This document shows, one piece after another, positions 45,876 to 55,201 of a stretch of 64,000 nt of DNA; the first letter of the stretch is position 1; each line of letters begins with the position of its first letter. The notes beneath the pieces were generated by a model. That model saw nothing but the letters and a program-made list of their open reading frames with translations, made no database searches and was not told the DNA's origin. The position numbers and the translations under genes were made by a program. The stretch is from positions 170,083 through 234,082 of the forward strand of contig JAGXFU010000008.1 of the NCBI GenBank assembly GCA_024637115.1, written 5' to 3'. This stretch comes from Actinomycetes bacterium. GTDB taxonomy: Bacteria; Actinomycetota; Coriobacteriia; Anaerosomatales; JAGXFU01.

Positions 45876-47387
45876 ATGATAATACCGAGCAAAGAAGAGT
45901 TCGTTCGGCTGGCAGCAGACCACGACGTGGTCCCTGTGGCGCGTGAGGTCTACGCCGATCTGGCAACACCTATCAGTGCGTTCATGGCGCTTGCCAACGA
46001 CGCCGAGCACGCGTTTCTGCTGGAGAGCGTTGTCGGGGGCGAGCGACTTGGTCGCTACAGTTTTCTCGGGGTGGGGGATCGTGAGGTCGTCACAGCCCGG
46101 GGTGAGCAAGTAGTCATCGAGAACGGCGGAGTGACCGGTGAGCGGGCCAGAGACCCGCTTGAGGTCGTGAAGCGCCGCCTTGATGCGGGGAGCGTCGCGC
46201 GAGTTCCCGGATTGCCGCTGTTCGTGGGTGGCGCTGTCGGCTTTGTGGGCTACGAGGCTGCAGGCGGTTTCGACCGCATCCCACGGCACGACAACGATGA
46301 GCTCGGTGTTCCCGACATCGTGTTCATGCTCGCCGACATCGTCGTTGCATTCGACCATGCACGCCGCGTGATGCAGGTCATCGCGCCGGTACGACCGGGG
46401 GGTGCGCCCGAGGCAGCATATGACCACGCGCTGACCCGCATCGAAGCGTATCTTCGCCGCATCGACAAAGGACCCGGCGCACTCGAACTCGGCGCGGTCG
46501 GCCTTGCCAAAGACACACCGCTCAAGTCTCATACCTCCCGTGAGGACTTCATGGATCAGGTACGCACCGCCAAGGAACACATCGACGCCGGTGATGTGTT
46601 CCAGGTTGTGCTCTCACAGCGCTTCAGTGCCCCGTATGAGGGCGACGGGCTCGATCTCTACCGTGTGCTCCGCGCCGTCAATCCAAGCCCGTACATGTTT
46701 TACGTACGGACTCGTGATGTCACGCTCGTCGGCTCAAGCCCTGAGCCGCTCGTTCGGGTCGAGGACGACGAGGTCTTGACCCGTCCGCTCGCCGGAACGC
46801 GACCCCGCGGCGCGGACCGTGTCGAGGATGGACGGCTCCGGGCTGATCTTCTCTCTGACGACAAAGAGCGAGCCGAGCACGTCATGCTCGTGGATCTCGG
46901 GCGCAACGATCTCGGCAGAGTGTCCAAGCCCGGGACGGTAGTCGTCGATGAGCTTATGGAAGTCGAGTACTACAGCCACGTGATGCATATCGTGAGCAAC
47001 GTCACCGGGGTTCTCGATACCGGCAAGGACGCGTTCGACGCCTTGCGGGCGACGTTCCCCGCCGGGACGGTGTCAGGGGCGCCAAAGATTCGCGCAATGG
47101 AGATCATTCGGGATCTCGAGCCAGCCGCACGCGGGCCGTATGCCGGCACGGTAGGCTACTTCGGCCTCGATGGCGCCATGGACATGTGCATCACGATCCG
47201 CACGTTCGTGCTTGCTGACGGCACCGCCTACCTGCAGTCCGGAGCGGGCATCGTTGCCGATTCCGATCCTGAACGGGAATACGAGGAGTGTCTGCACAAG
47301 GCTCGGGTGCTGCACCGCGCTCTGGAGCTGGCGCGCGGCATGCACGACCCGGAAAGCTCCGGGACCGAAGGGGGCGTGGGCGCATGA
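45876..47387 (+). CDS. trpE: anthranilate synthase component I
   Basis: ATG at 45876 lies 9 nt after AAGGAG. Carries LESV.GGERLGRYSF, the chorismate-binding C-terminal domain and GAGIVADSDPE. The track ORF start (45744) runs through the T-box. Confidence 0.9.
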   Translation: MIIPSKEEFVRLAADHDVVPVAREVYADLATPISAFMALANDAEHAFLLESVVGGERLGRYSFLGVGDREVVTARGEQVVIENGGVTGERARDPLEVVKRRLDAGSVARVPGLPLFVGGAVGFVGYEAAGGFDRIPRHDNDELGVPDIVFMLADIVVAFDHARRVMQVIAPVRPGGAPEAAYDHALTRIEAYLRRIDKGPGALELGAVGLAKDTPLKSHTSREDFMDQVRTAKEHIDAGDVFQVVLSQRFSAPYEGDGLDLYRVLRAVNPSPYMFYVRTRDVTLVGSSPEPLVRVEDDEVLTRPLAGTRPRGADRVEDGRLRADLLSDDKERAEHVMLVDLGRNDLGRVSKPGTVVVDELMEVEYYSHVMHIVSNVTGVLDTGKDAFDALRATFPAGTVSGAPKIRAMEIIRDLEPAARGPYAGTVGYFGLDGAMDMCITIRTFVLADGTAYLQSGAGIVADSDPEREYEECLHKARVLHRALELARGMHDPESSGTEGGVGA

Positions 47388-49084
47388 TTCTCATGATCGA
47401 CAACTACGATTCCTTCACCTACAACCTCGTTCAGTTGTTGGCAGCGCTCGGTGCCGACGTGCGTGTGGAGCGAAACGATGCACTCACTGCCGAGGAAGTC
47501 CTTGCGCTCTCACCGGCCGGTATCGTCATCTCGCCCGGACCGGGTGTTCCCGCCGATGCCGGCATTTCCAAAGCCGTGATAGCTCTTGCTGCCGAGGCTG
47601 GCGTGCCGTTGTTCGGAGTCTGCCTCGGTCATCAGTCGATCGCCGAGGTGTTCGGCGGTGTCGTGTGCCGTGCTCCAAAGGCGATTCATGGCAAGACTGA
47701 TGAGGTCTCTCATGATGGAGTCGATCTGTTTGCCGGAGTGCCGAGTCCGTTCACGGCAACGCGCTACCATTCGCTGTGTGTCGAGTCGGACTCCGTGCCC
47801 GAGTCGCTCGAGGTGCAGGCCCGCACTCCCGACGGGGTTGTGATGGCGCTCAAGCATCGCGACAAGCCGGTCTACGGCGTCCAGTTCCATCCCGAGAGCG
47901 TTCTCACTCCCGAAGGCGCAAAGCTGCTTGCTAACTTTCTCGATGTCTGTGGGGAGGTGCCGCTTTCTCGTGGGGTGAGCGGTGCTCCGGCAACCATCGC
48001 AGCAGCCGGGGGCACGGAGCGGGCAAGCGCGAACGCTGCTGCCATCGTGACGATCGGTGATGCGATCAGGCGTGTGAGCACAGGTGCCTCGCTCACCGAG
48101 GCCCAGGCGCACAATGTGATGACCCAGGTGATGGATGGCGAAGCAACACCCTCGCAAATCAGCGCCCTGGTTGTTGGAATGCGCATGAAAGGCGAGACCG
48201 TCGATGAGATCGTGGGCTTCGCCCGGGCGATGCGAGAGCATGCGACCCCGGTCACCCCTACGGTTTCAGGCTACATCGACACGTGTGGCACCGGCGGAGA
48301 CGGCCTCCATACATTCAATATCTCGACGACCACCGCGTTTGTGGTCGCCGGTGCAGGAGTGCCCGTAGCCAAACACGGCAACCGTGCCGTATCGAGCGCG
48401 GCAGGCTCAGCTGATGTACTCGAGGCGCTTGGAGTCGATGTCACCCTCGGGGCGGCCGATATGGCGCGATGTGTCGATGAGTGCGGGGTCGGGTTCCTGT
48501 TCGCCCAGTCGCTGCATTCCAGCATGCGCCACGCAGCGGTTCCGCGACGTGAGATCGGAATCCGCACGGTCTTCAATATCCTGGGTCCGCTCACGAATCC
48601 GGCCGGTGCCGCTCGTCAGCTTCTCGGTGTCTACGACCCGGCTCTCGCACCGATCATGGCTGAGGTCGCGGGTCGTCTGGGTGCCGAGCGTGTGCTCGTG
48701 GTCAACGGGCACCCGGGAATGGATGAGGTCTCTGCCAGCGGGGCTACTACCGTGGCGGAGTTCGATGCCGAGCGCGGCGATGTTCGCGTCTATGAAGTAA
48801 CCCCGGAATCAGTCGGAATCGCGCGTGGAACACTCGCCGATATCGCGGGCGGCGATGCTGCCGAGAACGCTCGAATCGTACGGGATGTCTTGGAGGGTGT
48901 GCATAGTGCGCGCAGAGATGTCGTGCTTATGAATGCCGCGGCCGCGTTGCTTGCCGCAGGCGTGGTTGCCGACCTGGCCGAGGGCGTGGTGCGCGCACGC
49001 GAATCGATTGACAGCGGCAAGGCGCTTGCCGCCCTCGAACTGCTTGTGGCCACGTCTGCACGCCTCGCGAAGGAACCATCATGA
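47384..49084 (+). CDS. trpGD: fused anthranilate synthase component II (GATase) / anthranilate phosphoribosyltransferase
   Basis: ATGA overlap with trpE. The N-terminus has MIDNYDSFTYNLVQ, the GVCLGHQ catalytic Cys and FHPES. After an Ala-rich linker come the TrpD motifs DTCGTGGDG and KHGNRAVSS. Confidence 0.9.
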   Translation: MILMIDNYDSFTYNLVQLLAALGADVRVERNDALTAEEVLALSPAGIVISPGPGVPADAGISKAVIALAAEAGVPLFGVCLGHQSIAEVFGGVVCRAPKAIHGKTDEVSHDGVDLFAGVPSPFTATRYHSLCVESDSVPESLEVQARTPDGVVMALKHRDKPVYGVQFHPESVLTPEGAKLLANFLDVCGEVPLSRGVSGAPATIAAAGGTERASANAAAIVTIGDAIRRVSTGASLTEAQAHNVMTQVMDGEATPSQISALVVGMRMKGETVDEIVGFARAMREHATPVTPTVSGYIDTCGTGGDGLHTFNISTTTAFVVAGAGVPVAKHGNRAVSSAAGSADVLEALGVDVTLGAADMARCVDECGVGFLFAQSLHSSMRHAAVPRREIGIRTVFNILGPLTNPAGAARQLLGVYDPALAPIMAEVAGRLGAERVLVVNGHPGMDEVSASGATTVAEFDAERGDVRVYEVTPESVGIARGTLADIAGGDAAENARIVRDVLEGVHSARRDVVLMNAAAALLAAGVVADLAEGVVRARESIDSGKALAALELLVATSARLAKEPS

Positions 49085-49881
49085 GTTTCCTTGAAACGAT
49101 GATGTCGCGCCGGAGGGCGCGAATCGCCGAGGAGTACGGGACGCTCTCGCCCGCCGACCTTGAGCGTCTTGCCTGTGCCGGGCGACCGGTACGCGATTTC
49201 GGGGCCGCCCTGCGCGATCGTGCGGACGTTGCGGTAATCGCAGAGGTGAAGAAGGCGTCTCCGAGTGCCGGTCCGATCGCCCCTGAGTGTGAGGCTTCCA
49301 AGCAAGCCGTTCATTACCAGCATGGTGGCGCGGCCGCTATCAGCGTCCTCACCGAGCCGGAAAGCTTTGGCGGATCGTTCACCGATCTGTCCGATGTCGC
49401 CGACGCGGTCGACATTCCGGTCCTGTGCAAGGACTTCGTCGTCGATCCAAGGCAGCTCTTTGTGGCACGAGGTCATGGGGCCGATGCGGTTCTGCTCATG
49501 GTGAGCGTGCTCGGCAATATGACACGCGATTACGTCGCTCACGCGACAACGCTCGGTTTGGCTCCGATCGTTGAGGTCATCACCCTCGACGAACTCGATA
49601 TGGCTGCCGGTGCCGGCGCCGAGATCGTTGCGGTGAACAATCGTAACCTGCACACACTTGAGGTCGATACCGAGGCGGTCCGCGAAATCCTCGATGAGGC
49701 CCGCAGGCTCGATGTAATGCTGATCTCCGCGAGCGGAGTGAGAACGCGCAGTGATGTTGAACGAGCGGCACGGGCAGGTGCTGATGCGGTCCTTGTCGGC
49801 GAATCGCTGATGCGGGCGCCGTTTCCCGAGGAGATGGTTGAGGGTTTGACGGGAGTGGCACGGGAAGTATCCGTTGCCTGA
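49081..49881 (+). CDS. trpC: indole-3-glycerol phosphate synthase
   Basis: Carries VIAEVKKASPS, FGGS and ILCKDF-type motifs. ATGA overlap with trpGD. Confidence 0.9.
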   Translation: MSFLETMMSRRRARIAEEYGTLSPADLERLACAGRPVRDFGAALRDRADVAVIAEVKKASPSAGPIAPECEASKQAVHYQHGGAAAISVLTEPESFGGSFTDLSDVADAVDIPVLCKDFVVDPRQLFVARGHGADAVLLMVSVLGNMTRDYVAHATTLGLAPIVEVITLDELDMAAGAGAEIVAVNNRNLHTLEVDTEAVREILDEARRLDVMLISASGVRTRSDVERAARAGADAVLVGESLMRAPFPEEMVEGLTGVAREVSVA

Positions 49882-49955
49882 GCAGGTTACACGCGGTTCG
49901 GCATATGCCGACCGCAGGATTTCGGGGCGACATCGCCTCGAGGAGGGAGTCGGAC

Positions 49956-51323
49956 ATGGGTAGTGACAAGACAAGGTTCGGGCTCGACGAGACCAGGATC
50001 CCCGAGGCCTGGTACAACGTGATTCCTGATCTCAAGAAGCCGCCCGCGCCACCAAAGGTGGTTACACCGGATGGCGTGGAGCTCGGTCCTGACCAGATCG
50101 GCGAGGTCATGATGAAGCTCTTTCCCATGGAGTGCCTCAAGCAGGAGTCCTCGCCGGACCGTTGGATCGACATCCCCGGTGCGGTCATCGACGTCTACAA
50201 GACGTACCGCCCGTCTCCGATGCTGCGTGCACGCCAGCTCGAGCGCGACCTCGGCTTGCCCGAGGGCGTCAAGATCTTCTACAAGTACGAGGGCGTGAGC
50301 CCGGCAGGTTCACACAAGCCCAACACCGCCATCCCGCAGGCCTACTACAACAAGCAGGAAGGCATCACCAAGATCTCGACCGAGACCGGAGCCGGTCAGT
50401 GGGGCAGCGCCCTCTCGATCGCCGGAGCGCTGTACGGCATCGATGTCGAGATATTCATGGTCGGCGTCAGCTACGACCAGAAGCCCTACCGACGCATCCT
50501 CATGGAGACCTATGGCGGTACGGTTCATAAGTCCCCGAGCAACCTCACAGAGGCGGGCCGCCATGTGCTGAGCATGGATCCCAACTCGACCGGCTCGCTC
50601 GGTATTGCGATCTCCGAGGCCGTTGAGGTCGCTATGAAGAACGACGATACTCACTACTCGCTTGGATCGGTTCTCAACCACGTGTGTCTGCACCAGACCA
50701 TCATCGGCCTCGAGGCCATCGAGCAGATGGCCCTCGCCGACGAAGAGCCCGACGTCGTAGTCGCCTGTGTTGGTGGCGGTTCGAACTTCGCGGGTCTTGC
50801 CTTCCCGTACTATCACCGCAAGCTCGAGGGCAAGAGCAACGCGCGTCTCGTGGCGGTCGAGCCCAAGGCGTGTCCGACGCTCACAGCCGGTGAGTACCGC
50901 TACGATCTCGGCGACGAGGCGGGCATGACGCCGCAGATGCTCATGTACACGCTCGGCCACGACTTCGTGCCTGCGGGCATCCACGCCGGTGGCCTTCGCT
51001 ACCATGGCGACTCGCCGCTCGTCTCGCAGCTCGTCCATGAGGGCGAGGTCGAGGCGATCGCGGTCGACCAGACCAAGTGCTTCGAAGCCGCGGTGCAGTT
51101 CGCACGTGCTGAAGGAATCCTGCCCGCACCCGAGTCGAGCCATGCCATTCGAGCTGCGATCGATGAGGCGCTCGCTGCGCAGGCCGCAGGCGAGGACCGC
51201 ACCATCCTGTTCAACCTCTCGGGTCACGGTCACTTCGATCTGGCCGCCTACGAGGCGTACAACAGCGGCAGCCTTGTTGATTACGACTTCGCTGCAGGCT
51301 CAACGCTCTGCGAGAACGAGTAG
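49956..51323 (+). CDS. trpB2: TrpB2-type tryptophan synthase beta-like protein
   Basis: ATG at 49956 sits behind GGAGGGAG. 455 aa. The N-terminal extension IPEAWYNVIPDL and the GSHKPNTA PLP-lysine context are typical of the TrpB2 clade rather than TrpB1. Confidence 0.8.
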   Translation: MGSDKTRFGLDETRIPEAWYNVIPDLKKPPAPPKVVTPDGVELGPDQIGEVMMKLFPMECLKQESSPDRWIDIPGAVIDVYKTYRPSPMLRARQLERDLGLPEGVKIFYKYEGVSPAGSHKPNTAIPQAYYNKQEGITKISTETGAGQWGSALSIAGALYGIDVEIFMVGVSYDQKPYRRILMETYGGTVHKSPSNLTEAGRHVLSMDPNSTGSLGIAISEAVEVAMKNDDTHYSLGSVLNHVCLHQTIIGLEAIEQMALADEEPDVVVACVGGGSNFAGLAFPYYHRKLEGKSNARLVAVEPKACPTLTAGEYRYDLGDEAGMTPQMLMYTLGHDFVPAGIHAGGLRYHGDSPLVSQLVHEGEVEAIAVDQTKCFEAAVQFARAEGILPAPESSHAIRAAIDEALAAQAAGEDRTILFNLSGHGHFDLAAYEAYNSGSLVDYDFAAGSTLCENE

Positions 51324-51389
51324 ACCCGGATATCCGCTCGCTGGCGGGGCGTCCGCGATGAACGGGCGCCCCGCCGGTATCACGATTCA

Positions 51390-52049
51390 ATGGAGACCAT
51401 GACCGCCCACGTGACACGAACGCGAATCAAGATGTGCGGACTCACCCGCGCCAAAGACGCTGCCGAGGCCGTGCGTCTTGGTGCTGATGCGCTCGGAGTC
51501 GTGCTTGCTCCTTCTCCTCGGCAGGTGACCATTGAGGAAGCCGGGGAGGTGCTTGGCGCAGCACCGCCGGGCATAGCGCGTGTGGGAGTGTTCGTTGACG
51601 CAGACCCGGAGTATGTGGCCGAGGCGGTGGCTCGAATCGGTCTCACCGCTGTGCAGTTTCATGGATCAGAGACTCCCGAGCAGTGTGCTGCCGCGCCAGT
51701 ACCGGTCATCAAGGCGCTGCGTGTCGGCACGGAATTTGATTACGTCAGTGTGGAGCCCTTCCAGGCACAGGTGGCCGCACTGCTTCTCGACACGTATGAC
51801 TCGCAACAAGCAGGCGGTACTGGCAAACAGTTCGAGTGGAATCTAGTCACCGAGCTGTCTGGTCGGGCTCTTGTCTTTCTTGCAGGGGGCCTTACTCCAC
51901 TCAATGTCGCGCAGGCTATTGCTGTCGTGCATCCGTTCGCGGTCGATGTCTCATCGGGAATCGAGCTCTCCCCCGGTGTGAAGGGCCACGAATTGATGCA
52001 CGCGTTCGCAGCAGCAGTGCGGGAAGCCGATGAGAAGGGGCGAGCATGA
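51390..52049 (+). CDS. trpF: phosphoribosylanthranilate isomerase
   Basis: Carries IKMCGLT, GADALGVV, VQFHG and GLTP.NV motifs. It lies in the trp operon. Confidence 0.85.
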   Translation: METMTAHVTRTRIKMCGLTRAKDAAEAVRLGADALGVVLAPSPRQVTIEEAGEVLGAAPPGIARVGVFVDADPEYVAEAVARIGLTAVQFHGSETPEQCAAAPVPVIKALRVGTEFDYVSVEPFQAQVAALLLDTYDSQQAGGTGKQFEWNLVTELSGRALVFLAGGLTPLNVAQAIAVVHPFAVDVSSGIELSPGVKGHELMHAFAAAVREADEKGRA

Positions 52050-53269
52050 CAAACGAATCTGCACATGAGACCGGCTATTCCGGTGCCGATGAACGCGGCT
52101 ACTTTGGGCCCTACGGTGGCGCTTTCGTGCCCGAGACCGTTGTCCCGGCACTCGAGGAGTTGTCACGCGCATTCTCTGAGGCGATGGCCGATCCATTGTT
52201 TGTGGAGGCATACTCCACGCTGCTCAGGGACTATGTCGGTCGTCCCTCTGCGCTCTACCGGGCTGATCGTCTTGCCGCCGCGGTCGGGCTTGGTGCGGTC
52301 TATCTCAAACGCGAGGATCTCAACCACACCGGCGCGCACAAGATAAACAACACGCTCGGACAATGTCTGCTTGCCAAGCGCATGGGCAAGCAGCGAGTGA
52401 TTGCTGAGACAGGGGCCGGACAGCATGGCGTGGCGACCGCAACGGCGGCGGCCTTGCTCGACCTTGAATGCGTCGTATTCATGGGCACCGAGGATATCCG
52501 CAGACAATCGCTCAACGTCTACAAGATGGGGCTCCTTGGTGCGGAGGTCGTGCCCGTCGATGATGGGACGGGTACGCTTGCTGATGCGGTCACTGCTGCC
52601 ATGAGGCACTGGGTCGAGCGTGTCGAGGATACGTTCTACGTGCTCGGCTCAGCACTCGGACCACATCCGTATCCTACGATCGTGCGTGAGTTCCAGAAGA
52701 TGATCGGGTCCGAGTCTATCGCCCAGCTCGCCGAGCGGGGTGTTGCGCGTCCGGACGCGGTGGTGGCGTGTGTTGGCGGTGGTAGCAATGCGATCGGCAC
52801 GTTCTACCCGTTCCTGATGCACTATGGTCGCGATGAGCTCCCGTTGCTCGTGGGCGCTGAGGCCGCGGGAAAGGGCATCGACTCTCCGCTCACAGGCGCT
52901 TCGATCGCCCTGGGCGATCCCGGTGTGATGCACGGCTTCTTCTCGTATCTATTGCAAGACGAGCGCGGTAATCCGCTCGAGGCATACTCCATCTCGGCTG
53001 GTCTCGACTACCCGGGTATCGGTCCGGAGCATGCGTATCTCCATGATGAGGGACTGGTGCGCTATGTGCCCGTCACCGACAGCGAGGCAGTGGCTGCGTT
53101 CTCCCAGTTGTGCACGCTTGAGGGCATCATCCCGGCCATCGAATCATCGCATGCGCTTGCGCTTCTTCCCGCGCTCGCGGCCGAGCTCGGACCCGCTGCG
53201 ATCGTGCTTCTGACTGTGTCCGGGCGTGGCGACAAGGACATCGATATCGTGAAGGAGGCTGGTCTCTAG
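52046..53269 (+). CDS. trpB: tryptophan synthase beta chain (TrpB1 type)
   Basis: Carries YFGPYGG.FVPE, LNHTGAHKINN, ETGAGQHG and GGGSNAIG. Confidence 0.95.
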   Translation: MTNESAHETGYSGADERGYFGPYGGAFVPETVVPALEELSRAFSEAMADPLFVEAYSTLLRDYVGRPSALYRADRLAAAVGLGAVYLKREDLNHTGAHKINNTLGQCLLAKRMGKQRVIAETGAGQHGVATATAAALLDLECVVFMGTEDIRRQSLNVYKMGLLGAEVVPVDDGTGTLADAVTAAMRHWVERVEDTFYVLGSALGPHPYPTIVREFQKMIGSESIAQLAERGVARPDAVVACVGGGSNAIGTFYPFLMHYGRDELPLLVGAEAAGKGIDSPLTGASIALGDPGVMHGFFSYLLQDERGNPLEAYSISAGLDYPGIGPEHAYLHDEGLVRYVPVTDSEAVAAFSQLCTLEGIIPAIESSHALALLPALAAELGPAAIVLLTVSGRGDKDIDIVKEAGL

Positions 53270-54054
53270 TGGCCCAGGGATTGAAGCGAGGGTTCAGCTA
53301 CGGCCGGCCGGCGCTCGTTGCGTATCTCATGGCGGGCTATCCGGATCGCGAACGTTCTCTTGCTGCGGTGCGAGCGGTGGCCGCTGCGGGCGCGGATGTC
53401 ATCGAACTCGGCGTGCCGTATGGAGATGCGCTGGCCGACGGCCCTACGATCGTGCGTGCGGCCAATGAGGCCATGAACGCGAACGACGGAGGGTTTGGAC
53501 TCGCCGACACGATTGAGCTCGCCGCTGAATTCCTTGCAGCGCCCGGTGTGACTGAGGCGCCTCCTGTGGCGCTCATGACCTACTACAATCCAATGCTCCG
53601 TCTCGGTCTCGCTCAGACCTCCGAACTCGCACGGCGTGCGGGTGTGAGCGGTTTCATCGTTCCTGACCTGCCGCCGGATGCGGCTGGTGAGTGGCTGAGC
53701 GCATCTGAGGGTCTCGATACGGTGTTCCTCGCGGCTCCGACCTCGACACCTGAGCGTCTCGCCAAAGTAGGGGAGATGTCGACCGGATTCGTGTACTGCG
53801 TCTCAACGACCGGCATCACCGGTGAGCGTGCAGACCTGCCGGCTCTGCTCGCTGATACCGTGGCGCGGGTCAAGTCGTTCACCGCGCTCCCTGTTGCGGT
53901 TGGTTTCGGCGTGTCGACCCCGGCGCACGCGCGGGCTGTCGCCGGTCTTGCTGATGGGGTCGTGGTCGGCAGTGCCATCGTGAAGCGCCAGCACGACCTC
54001 GCTGATCTCACGGAGTTCGTGTCTGAGCTTGCCCGTGCCGTGCGAACCCCCTGA
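53269..54054 (+). CDS. trpA: tryptophan synthase alpha chain
   Basis: GTG overlaps the trpB stop. Carries IELGVPYGDALADGPTI, YCVSTTGITG and GFG motifs. Confidence 0.9.
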   Translation: MAQGLKRGFSYGRPALVAYLMAGYPDRERSLAAVRAVAAAGADVIELGVPYGDALADGPTIVRAANEAMNANDGGFGLADTIELAAEFLAAPGVTEAPPVALMTYYNPMLRLGLAQTSELARRAGVSGFIVPDLPPDAAGEWLSASEGLDTVFLAAPTSTPERLAKVGEMSTGFVYCVSTTGITGERADLPALLADTVARVKSFTALPVAVGFGVSTPAHARAVAGLADGVVVGSAIVKRQHDLADLTEFVSELARAVRTP

Positions 54055-54056
54055 GG

Positions 54057-54973
54057 CTACCTGCCAAGGAGTGAGTCCAGTGCTTCGCCGAGCGCTCGGT
54101 GGGAGTAGTCATAACCACTCGCGCGCAACTTCGCCGTGTCGGCGCGCTGACTCATGATCGTGTAGGGGGCGACCTCCCCGAGAACGAGGCGCAGCGCAAT
54201 GAGCGGCACGGGAAACCACGAGGGCCGATGTATCGCGTGCCCGAATGCCTGCGCGAACTGTTTCATAGTGACCGGATCACCAGCTGCGTTCACCGGGCCT
54301 TCAAGCGTTTCGTTCTCGATCGCGTGAGCGTACATCGCCGTGATGTCGTCGATGTGTACCCAGCTCACCCACTGCTTCCCGCTGCCGATCGGGCCTCCTA
54401 CAAAGAATCGGAAGGGGCGGGACATCTGCGGCACGAGCCCTTCGTCTCCGAGAACGAGCCCCGTACGAATCACGACCGTACGGATGCCCAGATCAACCGC
54501 ACGCAGTGCTTCGAACTCCACTCGACAGCCAAAGAAGCGAGCCAGTCCGCACCGGGCGATGATTCTTCGCTCAGCAGGTCATCGCCCCGGTCGCCATAGA
54601 CTCCGATTCCGGAAGCGCTCACAAAGACAGAGGGACGCTGCGAAGGAGGTAGCTCGTCGAAACGGCGTATCAGTGCGCGGCCGGTCTCGATTCGGCTGTC
54701 TCTTAGAAGGTGCTTCACTTGTGGATTCCAACGAGATGAGATCGGGTATCCCGAGAGATTCACGACTGCGTCCGCAAGGGCGACCTCGCCGGTCCACGGT
54801 CCCGCCGCGTCATGGGGGTCAAAGACGACCTCAAGACTCGGTGAATAGGCCTCTGCCGGAGTTGTGCGACCCGGTCGATGTGACATCCATACAACGCGGT
54901 GTCCCCGGCTCTTGAGTAGGCGCGTTAGATTGCGTCCGATGTAGCCGTTTCCCCCGGCGATCGCAACATACAT
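54057..54973 (-). pseudogene. NAD-dependent epimerase/dehydratase-family protein (YfcH/DUF1731-like) split by a 1-nt frameshift
   Basis: Two overlapping ORFs (54470-54973 and 54057-54521) are collinear with one roughly 305-aa protein. These are the N-terminal GGNGYIGRNL Rossmann part and the C-terminal RTGLVLG...GSGKQWVSWVHIDD part. The join is at ...LAVEW | EFEAL..., where TGGAG (complement of about 54507-54511) would read TGGGAG if intact. Confidence 0.6.
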
Positions 54974-55201
54974 GGGCTATCTCCTCATAGACATCGTTGC
55001 GTGCAACGGTTGCAGTTCCCTATACCCCCGGGGTGGCGACACATATCTTCGCATCACATGAAGTGGCTGGTAGAAAGGGGTGTTTAGCTAACCTCCCGCC
55101 TAACTGTGAGCTCGGCGCACCAATACCCGAGGGGGTATACTAGTGGCCCTATGCGGTGGTATGCTGTCGATACTGCGTCCGGGATGTTCGGGAGGTTGTG
55201 C

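Noticed and set aside
48790-49974. A 394-aa minus-strand ORF, together with similar ones at 24961-25866, 60866-61873 and 62546-63541.
   Set aside because: Each lies antisense to a well-supported plus-strand gene (trpD/trpC, leuB, pfkA and the LOG-family gene respectively). These are GC-driven artefacts.
54470-54521. Programmed ribosomal frameshifting as the explanation for the split epimerase gene.
   Set aside because: There is no slippery heptamer or downstream structure at the junction. A simple 1-nt deletion in a GG(G) run explains it.
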